From Geobacter sulfurreducens PCA (GTDB lineage: Bacteria > Desulfobacterota > Desulfuromonadia > Geobacterales > Geobacteraceae): a stretch of DNA of 32,000 nt. The notes under the pieces were generated by a model that had not been told where the DNA came from, searched no databases, and saw nothing but the letters and a program-made list of their open reading frames with translations. How positions within the stretch are numbered: position 1 is the first letter of the stretch; every line of letters begins with the position of its first letter. Location of the stretch: NCBI RefSeq assembly GCF_000007985.2, contig NC_002939.5:720001-752000 (forward strand), given 5' to 3'. A program made the translations under genes and the position numbers. This document shows, one piece after another, positions 1-10,394 of the stretch.

Positions 1-1
1 T

Positions 2-673
2 GAAACCGTCGTGGCCATGAAGGAAATCGCCTCCAAGATCTCGATCATCGAGGAGATCGCCCGTCAGACGAACCTGTTAGCGCTGAACGCGGCCATTGAA
101 GCGGCGCGAGCCGGCGAGCACGGCAAAGGGTTCGCGGTGGTGGCGGCCGAGGTCAGAAAGCTTGCCGAGCGGAGCCAGAAGGCGGCGGGCGAGATCAGCG
201 AGCTGTCTGCCTCCAGCGTGCAGGTGGCGGAAGACGCCGGCGAGATGCTGACGCGGATCGTGCCGGATATCCAGCGTACCGCGGAGCTGGTGCAGGAGAT
301 CAGTGCCGCGTGCAAGGAGCAGGACACGGGCGCGGAGCAGATCAACAAGGCGATCCAGCAGCTTGACCAGGTGATCCAGCAGAATGCCAGCGCCAGCGAA
401 GAGATGGCGTCCACCAGCGAAGAACTGGCCAGCCAGGCCGAACAACTGCAGGCAACCATTTCATTCTTCCGGACCGATGATCGTGGCGCGTCGAGCCGGA
501 GTGCGGCCCGTCGGCCCGTTGCCAAGAAAAAGGCAGCGATCTCTCATTTGGGTCACGGTATGTCCAACGGCTACCACACCGAGCCCGCGACGTCGCGAAA
601 AGTAGCGGTAGGCGGCGGGGTGGATCTGAACCTGGACACCGATCACCTGGATGACCAGTTCGAGAAATTCTAG
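2..673 (+). CDS. Methyl-accepting chemotaxis protein, C-terminal part (5' end lies outside the window)
   Basis: The frame is open back to the window edge (E-T-V precede the listed start). It contains the conserved MCP signalling-hairpin motif [42 protein letters not shown]. Stop TAG is at 671-673 and cheW follows directly. Confidence 0.9.
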   Translation, partial: ETVVAMKEIASKISIIEEIARQTNLLALNAAIEAARAGEHGKGFAVVAAEVRKLAERSQKAAGEISELSASSVQVAEDAGEMLTRIVPDIQRTAELVQEISAACKEQDTGAEQINKAIQQLDQVIQQNASASEEMASTSEELASQAEQLQATISFFRTDDRGASSRSAARRPVAKKKAAISHLGHGMSNGYHTEPATSRKVAVGGGVDLNLDTDHLDDQFEKF

Positions 674-682
674 GAGGGAGCG

Positions 683-1177
683 ATGGCACACGCAGACGTA
701 ACGGAAACGCGGCAGTACCTGACCTTCACCCTTGCCGGGGAAGTATTTGCGGTGGACGTGGCCAAGGTACGTGAGATATTGGAATGGAGCAGCATCACCA
801 AGGTCCCGCAGACGCCCGAATTCATGCGCGGGGTGATCAACCTGCGGGGGAGCGTGGTTCCGGTGATCGACTTGCGGCAGAAGTTCGGGATGCCTGAAAC
901 GGAGCGCAGCATCAACACGTGCATCATCGTGGTTGAGGTGGAGACGGGGGCGGAAACGCTGGTGCTGGGAATGCTCGCGGACTCGGTGCAGGAGGTGTTC
1001 GAGCTGGAGAGTGGAAACATCGAGCCTGCGCCCCGGATCGGGACAAAGTTGGACACCTCGTTCCTGAAGGGAATGGGGAAGCATGGCGATGCATTTCTGA
1101 TAATCCTGGACATCGACCGGGTATTCGGCGGCGATGATCTGGCCGGACTGGCCGCGGCAGGGGAGGCGGCTGCCTGA
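683..1177 (+). CDS. cheW: Chemotaxis coupling protein CheW
   Basis: 164 aa with a GGAGG RBS at 673-677, 5 nt before the ATG. CheW-like domain signature: YLTFTLAGEVFAVDVAKVREILE...FMRGVINLRGSVVPVIDLRQKFG. It sits immediately after the MCP gene. Confidence 0.9.
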   Translation: MAHADVTETRQYLTFTLAGEVFAVDVAKVREILEWSSITKVPQTPEFMRGVINLRGSVVPVIDLRQKFGMPETERSINTCIIVVEVETGAETLVLGMLADSVQEVFELESGNIEPAPRIGTKLDTSFLKGMGKHGDAFLIILDIDRVFGGDDLAGLAAAGEAAA

Positions 1178-1222
1178 AAGACATTGGGAAGCCACGGCTG
1201 CCGAGCAGGCTGTGTTGATGGG

Positions 1223-1269
1223 CAACGTCAAAGCCGGCACCGTTTCGAACGGTGCCGGCTTTGACGTTG
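1223..1269. terminator. Bidirectional stem-loop terminator between convergent cheW and hpnH
   Basis: Perfect 22-bp inverted repeat: caacgtcaaagccggcaccgtt (1223-1244), loop tcg, aacggtgccggctttgacgttg (1248-1269). It lies in the gap between two convergent genes. There is no long U tract on either side. Confidence 0.65.
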
Positions 1270-1318
1270 GTGTGGCAATGATCTTTGGGAATCTTTATCG
1301 GTCTTTGTCCGCCTGGAT

Positions 1319-2317
1319 TCACGTCATGTTCCAGATCGCCATTTCCAGAATATCCTTCCAGCTCTTGCCGATCTCCGAGACCACCGTCGGCTCGAAGCCG
1401 CAGTGCATCATGCACTGGGCGCAGCGGGGATCCTTACCCACGCCGTAGCTGTCCCATTCGGTCTTTTCCATCATCTCCCGGAAGGTGGGGTGATGGGTGT
1501 CGGTGATAAGGTAGCAGGGTGCCTTCCACCCCAGTGGGTTGCGCGTGGGATTGCCCCAGGGGGTGCACTCAAGCTGTTTCTCTCCCTTGAGGAAGCGCAG
1601 GTACATTGGGGTCGACCAGAAGCGGAACCGCTTGCTCATCCGGTAGACTTCCTCGAATTTCTTCTGGATCTCGCGCCGCTGGAGGAAGAGATCTTCGCCC
1701 ACGGCCTCGTAGTCGAAGCCCGGCGCCACGAGGATGCCGTCCACCCCCAGGTCGGTCAGGAGCGAGAAGAGCATCTCGATCTCCACAAGGTCCGTGTCCT
1801 TGAAGATGGTGGTGTTGGTGCAGACCCGGAACCCCTTGGCTTTTGCCTTTCGGATACCCTCGATGGCCACCTTGAAGGTCCCCTTGCGCTCCAGTATCCG
1901 GTCGTGGGTTTCCTCCAAGCCGTCCATGTGGACGTTCAGGTAGAAGTTGGGGTGGACCTTTACGTTTTCAAGGGCCTTCTCCAGCAGCAGGCCGTTGGTG
2001 CAGAGGTAGACGTGCTTGCCCCGGTCGAGCACCTCCGGGATCAGTTCGTAGATGTGGGTGTAGAGGAACGGTTCGCCGCCAGTGATGGTGACCACGGGGG
2101 CCGGGCATTCGTCCACGGAGCGGAGACATTCCTCCAGGCTCATCATCTGCTGGATGGTGTCGGCATACTCCCGAATGCGGCCGCAGCCGGAGCAGGCCAG
2201 GTTGCAGAGGTGGGTCGGCTCCAGCATGAGGACCAGCGGAAACTTCTCCACCTTGTTGAGCTTGTTGCTGATGATGTATCGGGTCAGGTCGTAGTTGAGT
2301 CGCCAGGGAAAGCGCAT
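1319..2317 (-). CDS. hpnH: Radical SAM protein, adenosylhopane synthase HpnH
   Basis: 332 aa. CX3CX2C radical-SAM cluster motif (HLCNLACSGCGR) near the N-terminus. Length and N-terminal sequence (MRFPWRLNYDLTRYIISNKL...) are as I remember for HpnH. It shares strand and operon with shc and hpnA. Confidence 0.85.
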   Translation of the reverse strand: MRFPWRLNYDLTRYIISNKLNKVEKFPLVLMLEPTHLCNLACSGCGRIREYADTIQQMMSLEECLRSVDECPAPVVTITGGEPFLYTHIYELIPEVLDRGKHVYLCTNGLLLEKALENVKVHPNFYLNVHMDGLEETHDRILERKGTFKVAIEGIRKAKAKGFRVCTNTTIFKDTDLVEIEMLFSLLTDLGVDGILVAPGFDYEAVGEDLFLQRREIQKKFEEVYRMSKRFRFWSTPMYLRFLKGEKQLECTPWGNPTRNPLGWKAPCYLITDTHHPTFREMMEKTEWDSYGVGKDPRCAQCMMHCGFEPTVVSEIGKSWKDILEMAIWNMT

Positions 2318-2401
2318 TGAACGGCAATTCCTTTCACATGTATGTCTGTTTCGTCTTGGTCGGGGCAGGAGGAATGCCCCTCCTTCCCTCCAGGTGCCGG
2401 A

Positions 2402-4315
2402 TCATTTGACCATCGAGAGAGCGGGCGCCGGGGCCCCCTTTGCCGCCAGGAACGCCTCGGTCGCGGCAGCGATGCCGGCGGCGTCGATGCCCAGGTCGGC
2501 CCGCAGTTGCGGCTGGGGACCCTGCTCCACGAACCGGTCGGGGATGCCGAGCCGCTTCACCCGCACGCCGGTCATCCCCTCGTCGGCGAGGAGTTCGAGT
2601 ACGGCGCTGCCGAAGCCTCCCTGCAGGGCGTTTTCCTCGGCGGTGATTATGCAGCCGGTCCGGCGGGCCGCCTGGAGGATCATCTCCCGGTCCAGGGGCT
2701 TGACGAAGCGGGCGTTGATCACCGTGGCCCGGATTCCTTTCTCCGCCAGGGTCCGTGCAGCCTCAAGGGCGGGCAGGACCGTGATGCCGATGGCGATGAT
2801 GGCGACGTCGTCTCCTTCGGCCAGGATTTCACCTGTGCCGATGGGGATCTCCCGAAGCTCCTGGTCCAGGGGGATGCCGCAGCCGGCACCGCGGGGATAG
2901 CGCAGGGCGATGGGGCCATCATGGGAGACGGCGGTCTTGAGCATGTGGCGCAGTTCGTTCTCGTCTTTGGGCGCCATCAGGGTCATGCCGGGCAGGTGCC
3001 GCAGGTACGACAGGTCGAAGACCCCGTGGTGGGTGGGGCCGTCGTCGCCCACGACTCCCCCCCGGTCCAGGGCGAAGACGACCGGCAGGTTCTGGAGGCA
3101 GACGTCGTGGAACACCTGGTCGTAAGCCCGTTGGAGGAAGGTGGAGTAGATGGCGGTCACGGGACGGAAGCCTTCGGCCGCCAGCCCCGCCGCAAAGGTG
3201 ACGGCGTGCTGCTCCGCGATCCCCACGTCGAAGAAGCGCTCGGGGAACTCTTTCGCGAAGCCGGTAAGACCGGTGCCGTCGGGCATGGCCGCGGTGATGG
3301 CGACGATTTTTTCGTTTTCCCGGGCCAGTTGTGCCAGGGTATCTCCGAAGATGCCGGTATAGGAGGCGGCCCCCGGCTTGCTGCCGGTGGTTTTGCCGGT
3401 GGCCACGTCAAAGGGGCCGACGCCGTGGAATGCGGACGGGTTCGTCTCTGCCGGCACGTACCCCTTGCCCTTGGTGGTCATGACGTGGACCACCACCGGG
3501 CCATCCAATCCCCGGGCATTCTCGAACACCTCCAGAAGCTGGGGCAGGTTGTGCCCCTGGATGGGGCCGATGTAGTCGAAGCCCAGGGCCTCGAAGAGCA
3601 TCCCCGGGGTCAGGAACCCCTTGAGGGAGTTCTCGGCCCGGCGGGCGAACTGGAGGATGTCCTTGCCGATGGCCGGGATGTTCTGCAGCAGCCCCTGGAC
3701 CTCCTTCTTCAACTCGCGGAAGTAGCTGCCCGTGAGCTTGCGGGAGACAAAGGAGGAAAAGGCCCCCACGTTGGGGGAGATGGACATCTCGTTGTCGTTG
3801 AGCACGACGATGAGGTTTTTCTTCAGGTGCCCCGCCTGGTTGAGGGCCTCGAAGGCGATGCCGCCGGTCATGGAGCCGTCGCCGATGACGGCGACCACCT
3901 TGTTGCTCCCCCCCCTCAACTCCCGGGCCATGGCCATGCCGAGCCCAGCCGAGATGGAAGTGGAGGAGTGCCCGGTGTCAAAAGCATCGTGGGACGATTC
4001 GCTCCGCTTGGGGAAGCCGCTGATGCCGCCGTACTGGCGCTGGGTGTGGAAGCGGTCGCGGCGGCCGGTGAGAATCTTGTGGGTGTAGGCCTGGTGTCCC
4101 ACGTCCCAGACGAACCGGTCCGTTGGCGAGTCGAAACAGTAGTGGAGGGCAATGGAGAGTTCGACCACCCCCAGGTTCGAGGCCAGATGGCCACCGGTGC
4201 GGGATACGGTTTCCAGAAGAAACGCGCGGATCTCCTCGGCCAGAGCCGGGAGTTGGTCCCGCGGGATCTTTTTCAGATCGGCGGGGCAGGTGATTGTGTC
4301 GAGCAGCGTGGACAT
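2402..4315 (-). CDS. dxs: 1-deoxy-D-xylulose-5-phosphate synthase
   Basis: 637 aa from the ATG at 4315, which has a GGGAGG RBS 6 nt upstream on the minus strand. The listed ORF start at 4339 lacks an RBS. Thiamine-diphosphate motif [16 protein letters not shown] and full-length transketolase-like architecture typical of Dxs. Confidence 0.95.
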   Translation of the reverse strand: MSTLLDTITCPADLKKIPRDQLPALAEEIRAFLLETVSRTGGHLASNLGVVELSIALHYCFDSPTDRFVWDVGHQAYTHKILTGRRDRFHTQRQYGGISGFPKRSESSHDAFDTGHSSTSISAGLGMAMARELRGGSNKVVAVIGDGSMTGGIAFEALNQAGHLKKNLIVVLNDNEMSISPNVGAFSSFVSRKLTGSYFRELKKEVQGLLQNIPAIGKDILQFARRAENSLKGFLTPGMLFEALGFDYIGPIQGHNLPQLLEVFENARGLDGPVVVHVMTTKGKGYVPAETNPSAFHGVGPFDVATGKTTGSKPGAASYTGIFGDTLAQLARENEKIVAITAAMPDGTGLTGFAKEFPERFFDVGIAEQHAVTFAAGLAAEGFRPVTAIYSTFLQRAYDQVFHDVCLQNLPVVFALDRGGVVGDDGPTHHGVFDLSYLRHLPGMTLMAPKDENELRHMLKTAVSHDGPIALRYPRGAGCGIPLDQELREIPIGTGEILAEGDDVAIIAIGITVLPALEAARTLAEKGIRATVINARFVKPLDREMILQAARRTGCIITAEENALQGGFGSAVLELLADEGMTGVRVKRLGIPDRFVEQGPQPQLRADLGIDAAGIAAATEAFLAAKGAPAPALSMVK

Positions 4316-4366
4316 GCGTAACCTCCCGGCCGAGGGCAAAGGGAATCCTTAGCCTTCGGCCTCAGT

Positions 4367-5353
4367 TCACCGGGCATACCCGTTGGCGCGGAACCACTCC
4401 ACGGCCCTGCGCAGGGCATCCACGGCGGGACGGCGTTGGAGCCCCAGCTCCCCCGTCGCCTTGGACGATTCGAAGAACATGAATTTTTTGGCCATCTGCA
4501 CCCCTGCCAACGGGATGAGCGGCTCTTTTCCCGTAAGCTTGGCCAGTGCCTCGTTCACGTAAGCGGCCATGAGAATCGGGGTATGGGGGAGCCGCACCCT
4601 GGGCGCCGGAATCCCCGTGAGCCTGGCCAACAGGGCGAAGATCTCCCGCAGGGTCAGGTTCTCGTGCCCCAGGATGTACTTTTCACCGATCCGGCCGTGC
4701 CGTGCCGCCAGCAGGTGTCCCCGGGCACAGTCCTCCACATCGATGATATTGAGGCCGGTGTCCAGGTAGGCGGGCATCTTCCGGTTAAGGAAGTCGACGA
4801 TGATCTTGCCCGTGGGAGTCGGCTTCACGTCGTGGGGGCCCACCGGCGTGGAGGGATTTACGATCACCAGCGGGAGACCCCGGGCGATGAACGCCTCCGC
4901 TTCCCGCTCGGCCAGGAACTTGCTTTTTTTGTAGTGACCGACCATGTCGGCGAAGGTGACCGGCGTCGTCTCGGTTCCGGGGGTGCCGTTGCCGGGATTG
5001 CCGAGGGTGCCTACGCTGCTGGTGTAGACCACCCTGGCGATGCCGCGCCGCAGGGCCGCCTCCAGGATGTTGCGGGTGCCGTCCACGTTGGCCGCATACA
5101 TTGCCGCCGGCGTGCGGGTCCAGAGTCGGTAGTCGGCGGCGGCGTGGTAAAGAACCTCGCAGCCGGCAAGGCCGTGCTCCAGCGCCTGCCGATCCCGGAG
5201 ATCCCCTTCGCAGATCTCCACGTCCAGCCCCGCGAGGTTCCGACGGTCGGAGCCCGGGCGGGCAAGCACCCGCACGTGGCAGCCGTCCTTCAGCAATTCC
5301 CGGACGATGCTCGCCCCTATAAAACCGGTCGCGCCGGTGACAAAAACCTTCAT
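4367..5353 (-). CDS. hpnA: NAD-dependent epimerase/dehydratase, hopanoid-associated HpnA-like
   Basis: 328 aa. N-terminal Rossmann motif VTGATGFIGASIV and extended-SDR YxxxK (YKKSK). It lies between shc and dxs-hpnH on the same strand. A GAAGG RBS precedes the ATG. Confidence 0.75.
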   Translation of the reverse strand: MKVFVTGATGFIGASIVRELLKDGCHVRVLARPGSDRRNLAGLDVEICEGDLRDRQALEHGLAGCEVLYHAAADYRLWTRTPAAMYAANVDGTRNILEAALRRGIARVVYTSSVGTLGNPGNGTPGTETTPVTFADMVGHYKKSKFLAEREAEAFIARGLPLVIVNPSTPVGPHDVKPTPTGKIIVDFLNRKMPAYLDTGLNIIDVEDCARGHLLAARHGRIGEKYILGHENLTLREIFALLARLTGIPAPRVRLPHTPILMAAYVNEALAKLTGKEPLIPLAGVQMAKKFMFFESSKATGELGLQRRPAVDALRRAVEWFRANGYAR

Positions 5354-5371
5354 AGTGCCTTCAAAACTGAT

Positions 5372-5399
5372 GTAGGGGCGGTTGGTGAACCGCCCCTAC
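5372..5399 (-). promoter_or_regulatory. Intercistronic stem-loop between shc and hpnA (attenuator, partial terminator or mRNA-stabilising hairpin)
   Basis: Perfect 12-bp stem gtaggggcggtt / aaccgcccctac with a 4-nt loop. On the transcribed (minus) strand it is followed by ATCAGTTTTGAAGG, which contains the hpnA RBS. Confidence 0.45.
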
Positions 5400-5426
5400 G
5401 CGTAATCCACTTACTTGTCGAGGCTG

Positions 5427-7466
5427 TCAGAGCCCTTTGCCCGCAAGCGTCCGGTAGCGTCCCAGCGCCATGAGAGGGAAGCAGTTCCGGTAGATGTGGT
5501 ACTTGATCATGAAAAATTTCGGGAAGCCCGTGCCGGTGAAGGCGTCCTCGTCCCAGGTCCCGTCGGGCTTCTGGGTGTCGAGGAGATACTGGACTCCCCG
5601 CACCACGGACGAGCTTGCCACCTCGCCGGCGGCAAGGAGCGTGAGAAGGGCCCATCCTGTCTGAGACGCCGTGCTGGGCCCGACGCCGGCCAGCCGGGGA
5701 TCGGCGTACGACTCGCAACACTCGCCCCAGCCGCCGTCTTCGTTCTGGTGCTCCACGAGCCAGTCCACGGCCTTGCGGATCCAAGGCTGGCTCATGTCTT
5801 CGCCAAAGGCGGCAAGTCCGGACATGACCGACCAAGTGCCGTAGATGTAATTTACCCCCCACCGTCCCCACCAGGGACCGTCGGGTTCCTGGGTCTCACG
5901 GATGAACTTCAGCGCCCTGACCGCCGCTGGGTGGTCCTTGGGATAACCGTAGGTCCCCATGAGCTCCAGCATGCGGCCGGTCAGATCCGCCGTGGGGGGG
6001 TCGATGAGGGCCTCCAGGTCGGCGAAGGGGATCTTGTTGAGGATGTGCTTGGTGTTGTCCTTGTCAAAGGCCCCCCAGCCGCCGTTCTTGCTCTGCATGC
6101 CCAGGCACCAGGCGATGCCGCGGGTGATGGTGTCCTCTTTGGCCCGCTGGTCCTTAACCTTCACGTTTTTGATGGCCATCATGACGATACCCGAGTCGTC
6201 CACATCGGGATACCAGTCGTTCATGAACTCGAAGGCCCAGCCGCCGGGCTCCAGATCGGGACACTTGATCTTCCAGTCGCCCGGCCTGCGGACTTCACGG
6301 TCCAGAAGCCATTGGGCCGCCTTGGAGAGGGAAGGGTGATCGGTGGGGACTCCCGAGTCGACCATGGCCATGAGGCCCAGGGCCGTATCCCATACCGGCG
6401 AGACGCAGGACTGGAGGACCAGTTCGTCCTCACCCTCGATGCAGAAGTTGGCCAGGGCCTGCAGCCCCTTGGCCACGGCCGGATGGTCGTTGGCGTAACC
6501 GAGTACGTGGAGCGCCAGCACCGAGTTGAGCATGGCGGGCTGGATGCCCCCCCAGTCGCCGGTGGGCTCCTGGTGCTCGAGCACCCACTTCTCGGCGATG
6601 GCCATGGCTTTCTTCCTGCCCGGCCGGATGGGGCTCGCCTCGTACACCTTCAGTACGTGGTCGATGCCGATGAAGATGTTCTTCCAGGTGAGGATACCGT
6701 CTTCCTTGGTGAAGGTATAGTCCGTGGGCCGCGGGGGGCGCACGTAAAGCTCCTGCACCCGGGCCCAGGGGGGCAGCTTGCGCACCGGCCGCTCCGCCAT
6801 GACGATGGAGAGGGGGATGATCGTTGCCCGTGACCAGCTGGAAAACTCGTACATGTTGAAGGTGAAGCCGGCGGGGAGCAGCATCATCTCGATGGGCATG
6901 GAGGGAACCCCCAGCCAGGAGAACTCCCCGAACAGGGCAAGGAATATCTTGGTGAAGACCCGCGCCTTGAGGATGCCGCCGTGCTCTAGGATGAACGCCC
7001 GGGCCTTGCTCATGGACGGATGATCGGCCGGGTAGCCGGCGAGCTTCAGGGCGAAATAGGCCTCGATTGTGGTGGAAAGGTCGCCGGGACCGCCGTGCCA
7101 GATGGTCCAGTAGCCCTCCGTAGTCTGCTGGCGGAGAAGGTAATTGGCCATCTTCCGCTCTTTTTCACGGTTAACCAGCCCCATGAAGTGGAACAGCATG
7201 ATGTATTCGGCGGTTATAGTAGCGTTGGATTCCAGCTCGGCCCACCAGTAGCCGGCGGGGAGCTGCTCGCGGAAAAAGAATTCCTGGGTCCGCTCGATAG
7301 CTATATCGAGAGGGCTCGATACCGTCGATTCCTTTTTTTTCCAAATGGTGGCGGGGAGGTGGTGGATTTTCCCCGACTTGCGTGCGGCACTATTGTCAGC
7401 TGTTTCCCGTGCCGCATCATTGAACGAAGTGAGTGCGTGCGAAATGGGATTTTTTGAGATTTTCAT
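5427..7466 (-). CDS. shc: Squalene-hopene cyclase
   Basis: 679 aa from the ATG at 7466, with an AAGGAG RBS about 10 nt upstream. The 7532 start is an RBS-less extension. Catalytic DxDD motif (YPDVDDSG) and multiple QW-type repeats (e.g. QNEDGGWG, QSKNGGWGAF, QKPDGTW). Confidence 0.95.
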   Translation of the reverse strand: MKISKNPISHALTSFNDAARETADNSAARKSGKIHHLPATIWKKKESTVSSPLDIAIERTQEFFFREQLPAGYWWAELESNATITAEYIMLFHFMGLVNREKERKMANYLLRQQTTEGYWTIWHGGPGDLSTTIEAYFALKLAGYPADHPSMSKARAFILEHGGILKARVFTKIFLALFGEFSWLGVPSMPIEMMLLPAGFTFNMYEFSSWSRATIIPLSIVMAERPVRKLPPWARVQELYVRPPRPTDYTFTKEDGILTWKNIFIGIDHVLKVYEASPIRPGRKKAMAIAEKWVLEHQEPTGDWGGIQPAMLNSVLALHVLGYANDHPAVAKGLQALANFCIEGEDELVLQSCVSPVWDTALGLMAMVDSGVPTDHPSLSKAAQWLLDREVRRPGDWKIKCPDLEPGGWAFEFMNDWYPDVDDSGIVMMAIKNVKVKDQRAKEDTITRGIAWCLGMQSKNGGWGAFDKDNTKHILNKIPFADLEALIDPPTADLTGRMLELMGTYGYPKDHPAAVRALKFIRETQEPDGPWWGRWGVNYIYGTWSVMSGLAAFGEDMSQPWIRKAVDWLVEHQNEDGGWGECCESYADPRLAGVGPSTASQTGWALLTLLAAGEVASSSVVRGVQYLLDTQKPDGTWDEDAFTGTGFPKFFMIKYHIYRNCFPLMALGRYRTLAGKGL

Positions 7467-7694
7467 CTCGGCTCTGCTCCTTGGACAATGCATCTGAATA
7501 TCGGCCCGCCAACCGTGGGCAGCCAACAGCAATCGGTGTTTAATATCACAGATTTAACAAAAAAGACACCGTTTTCAATGGTTACTGACCTCCCTGCAAC
7601 GGCTGCCGCCGCTCCAGAGCTGCGGCACGAGACGATTGCACCCATCGGGGGGGCTATGGTATCGTGCCAAGGTTTTGACGTGTGGGGAGGATTC
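7467..7694. promoter_or_regulatory. Divergent shc / hpnN intergenic promoter region
   Basis: 228-bp non-coding gap between divergently oriented genes, with an AT-rich core (tttaatatcacagatttaacaaaaaagaca). No specific promoter boxes could be assigned with confidence. Confidence 0.4.
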
Positions 7695-10394
7695 ATGCAG
7701 CACACAAACGACAGAAAACGGTTTACGGGACTTTTCGGCGTCGTCGCCCGCCATCCGCGCCTCGTTCTCGGGGTGTCACTCCTGCTGGCAGTGCTTTCGG
7801 TGCTCTATACCTGGCAGGAGATGAGCTTCCTGACCGGCCGCGACGACCTGATGCCGAAAAATGCGCCGTTCCAGCAGGACTACCGGGCAAACCGGGCGGA
7901 ATTCGGCGACCGCGAAGAGATCGTCGTGGTGGTCGAGAGCGGCGATCAGGCCAGGGCATCGGGCTTTGCCGAACGCCTGGCCGCGGACCTCTCGGCCGAT
8001 CGGACGCGCTTTCGCGATGTCTTTCACCCCAACGGTCTTCCGTTTTTCCGGGAGCACGGCCTGTTGCTCCTTCCCCTGGACGAGCTGCGGTCGCTCCGAG
8101 AAAACCTTACCCTGGCCGAGCCGGTGCTGAAGGATCTCGCCTCAACGCCGTCGGTCCAGACCCTCTTTACCCATCTTACCACACGCATGGACGTTTACAC
8201 GGCGGCGGACGATTCTTCCGCCGGCCGCGACCGGGAACGGGCGGGACTCGTCTTTATGCTCGACAAGCTGGGCAGCGGCATTGCCTCCTTTGGCGGCGGC
8301 AAGGGCTCCTTTTCCCTTGAAGAGGTCTTCCTCGGTGGGGACTCGGCTCTGGCCCGGGCCCAGCGGATGCAGATAGTGACGGTCAGGCCGGTGCGCGACG
8401 CTGCCAGTTTTGTTCCGGCCGAGGAGGCGATCCGCGTGGTCCGCGCCCGGGTGGCTGAGCTCAAGGCACGTCCCGAGTTCGCCGGCGTGACCGTTGGGCT
8501 CACCGGCACGCCGGTTCTGGAGTACGAGGAGATGGCAACCAGCGAGCGGGACATCACCCTGGCAACGGGTCTCTCCCTGGCCCTGACCGTGGTCCTCCTG
8601 CTGGCGGCCTTCCGGGGGGTGCTGAACGTGGCGGCCGCCATGGTTTCCCTGGTGGTGGCCATCTGCGTCTCCTTCGGCGTGGCGACCCTGGTGGTCGGGC
8701 ACCTGAACATCCTTTCCATGGTCTTTGCGGTCATGCTGATCGGCATCGGCATCGAGTACGGCATCCAGGTGGTGCTCCGCTACCAGGAAGAGCTGGGGCT
8801 CGGGGCCGGTGAACTGGAGGCCGTGAACACGGGGCTCAGCCGGAACATGCTCGCCATTGTCATGGCCGCCGCCACCACGGCAGCGGCGTTTTTCACCTTC
8901 GCCTTCACCGATTTCCGGGGAATTGCCGAGCTGGGGATCATCGCCTCCCTCGGCATTGCCGTCTGCGTGGCCGTTACCTTCACCACCCTGCCCGCGGCCC
9001 TGGTCCTTCTCGTGCCGCTGCGCAAAACGAGGGAGACCGAGCGAGAAGCCCGGGCCGCCGGCCTGCTGAGGCGCTCACCCCGGTTCGCACGGCTGGAGGC
9101 GTTTCTCTTCGGCCATCCGCGGATCGTCGTGGGGATCACTGTTCTGCTCTGCCTCGCTTCGCTCTATCCGCTGGCCGATACCCGCTTCGACTACAATCTC
9201 CTTAACCTGCAGGCCCGGGGGCTCGAGTCGGTGGAGTATGCCTACAAGCTGATGAAAAGCAGGGAGAATGCGGGCTACTTCGCCGAAGTGACCGCTGCGA
9301 CGCCGGCCGAGGCCAGGATGCTCACGGCCCGCCTGGAGCAGTTGCCGACGGTCGACCACGTGGTGAGCCTCCTTACGTTCGTCCCCGACGATCAGGATGC
9401 CAAGCTCCGGGAACTGGCCGTGCTGCGGGATGAACTGGCCGATGTGAACCCGGTTCCCTACGAGGAGGATCTGCGGGTCATGGAACTCCCCACGGTGTTC
9501 GAGAATTTCCGTACCTCCGTGGAGCGGTTCAAGGTGCGGCTCGAGGCGGAGAAGAGGCCCGAGGCTGTTCGGGTGGGGGCCTTCCTCGCCACCCTTGATC
9601 GTTTCTTCGCTGACCTTGAGAAAGAAAAGGACCGCAATGCCCTCGGCATGCTCCGGGATTTCCAGGGGGGGATGCTCGCCTCGTTCCCGGAACAGATCCA
9701 GCAGCTCAAGGCAAGCCTCGCAGTCCGTCCGGTAACCGAGGCGGACGTGCCTCAGCAGCTCAGGGAGCGCTTCGTGGGGAAAAGCGGCACGTATCTGCTC
9801 CAGGTGGCGCCCCGGCAGGAGATTTTCGAGCGCGAGCCACTGAAGCGGTTCCTGGACCAGGTTCGCAGCGTGGCGCCCCGGGCCAACGGCGAGCCGGTTA
9901 TGGTCTACGAATCCATGACCATCATGCGCGACGCCTACTTGCGGGCGTTCGTCTACGCCTTCGGTGCAATCGTGCTGATCCTGTTCATTACCTTCCGCAG
10001 TCTAGTCTATACCCTGGTGGGGCTCGTGCCGCTGGTGGTGGGAATGCTCCTCATGGTGGGGGGGATGTGGCTGGCCGGCATTCCCTTCAACTCTGCCAAT
10101 ATCATCGTGCTGCCGCTTATCCTCGGCATTGCCGTGGATTCGGGGATCTACATCATCAACCGCTTCCGCCGGGAAGAGGGGGACGCTGCCTCGGTCATCA
10201 TGAGCAGCACCGGCCTGGGCGTCATCTACAATACACTCACCATCATGGCGAGCTTCGGCGCGCTCATGGTGGCCCGCCACCAAGGGGTCTTCAGCATCGG
10301 GGCGGTCATGAGCCTGGGCATGGTGGCCTGCCAGGCCGCGTTCATCCTGGTGCTGCCGGCGGTGTTGACGCTGGTGGGGAAGCGTAGTGACTAG
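7695..10394 (+). CDS. hpnN: RND/MMPL-family hopanoid transporter HpnN-like
   Basis: 899 aa from the ATG at 7695, with a GGAGG RBS 5 nt upstream. It has two hydrophobic transmembrane bundles, each after a large soluble domain, which is the MMPL/RND topology. It is divergent from shc, as expected for hpnN. Confidence 0.8.
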   Translation: MQHTNDRKRFTGLFGVVARHPRLVLGVSLLLAVLSVLYTWQEMSFLTGRDDLMPKNAPFQQDYRANRAEFGDREEIVVVVESGDQARASGFAERLAADLSADRTRFRDVFHPNGLPFFREHGLLLLPLDELRSLRENLTLAEPVLKDLASTPSVQTLFTHLTTRMDVYTAADDSSAGRDRERAGLVFMLDKLGSGIASFGGGKGSFSLEEVFLGGDSALARAQRMQIVTVRPVRDAASFVPAEEAIRVVRARVAELKARPEFAGVTVGLTGTPVLEYEEMATSERDITLATGLSLALTVVLLLAAFRGVLNVAAAMVSLVVAICVSFGVATLVVGHLNILSMVFAVMLIGIGIEYGIQVVLRYQEELGLGAGELEAVNTGLSRNMLAIVMAAATTAAAFFTFAFTDFRGIAELGIIASLGIAVCVAVTFTTLPAALVLLVPLRKTRETEREARAAGLLRRSPRFARLEAFLFGHPRIVVGITVLLCLASLYPLADTRFDYNLLNLQARGLESVEYAYKLMKSRENAGYFAEVTAATPAEARMLTARLEQLPTVDHVVSLLTFVPDDQDAKLRELAVLRDELADVNPVPYEEDLRVMELPTVFENFRTSVERFKVRLEAEKRPEAVRVGAFLATLDRFFADLEKEKDRNALGMLRDFQGGMLASFPEQIQQLKASLAVRPVTEADVPQQLRERFVGKSGTYLLQVAPRQEIFEREPLKRFLDQVRSVAPRANGEPVMVYESMTIMRDAYLRAFVYAFGAIVLILFITFRSLVYTLVGLVPLVVGMLLMVGGMWLAGIPFNSANIIVLPLILGIAVDSGIYIINRFRREEGDAASVIMSSTGLGVIYNTLTIMASFGALMVARHQGVFSIGAVMSLGMVACQAAFILVLPAVLTLVGKRSD

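Noticed and set aside
2342-4321. 659-aa ORF on the + strand
   Set aside because: It is exactly antisense to dxs, which has unmistakable conserved motifs. Its translation is a low-complexity G/A/D/V/H-rich product typical of antisense frames in high-GC DNA, and it has no RBS.
5415-6833. 472-aa ORF on the + strand
   Set aside because: Antisense to squalene-hopene cyclase; a high-GC artefact.
7467-7694. Long N-terminal extensions of shc (to 7532) and hpnN (from 7488)
   Set aside because: The extensions overlap each other in the divergent intergenic region and lack RBSs. The internal ATGs at 7466 and 7695 have good Shine-Dalgarno sequences and give family-typical N-termini.
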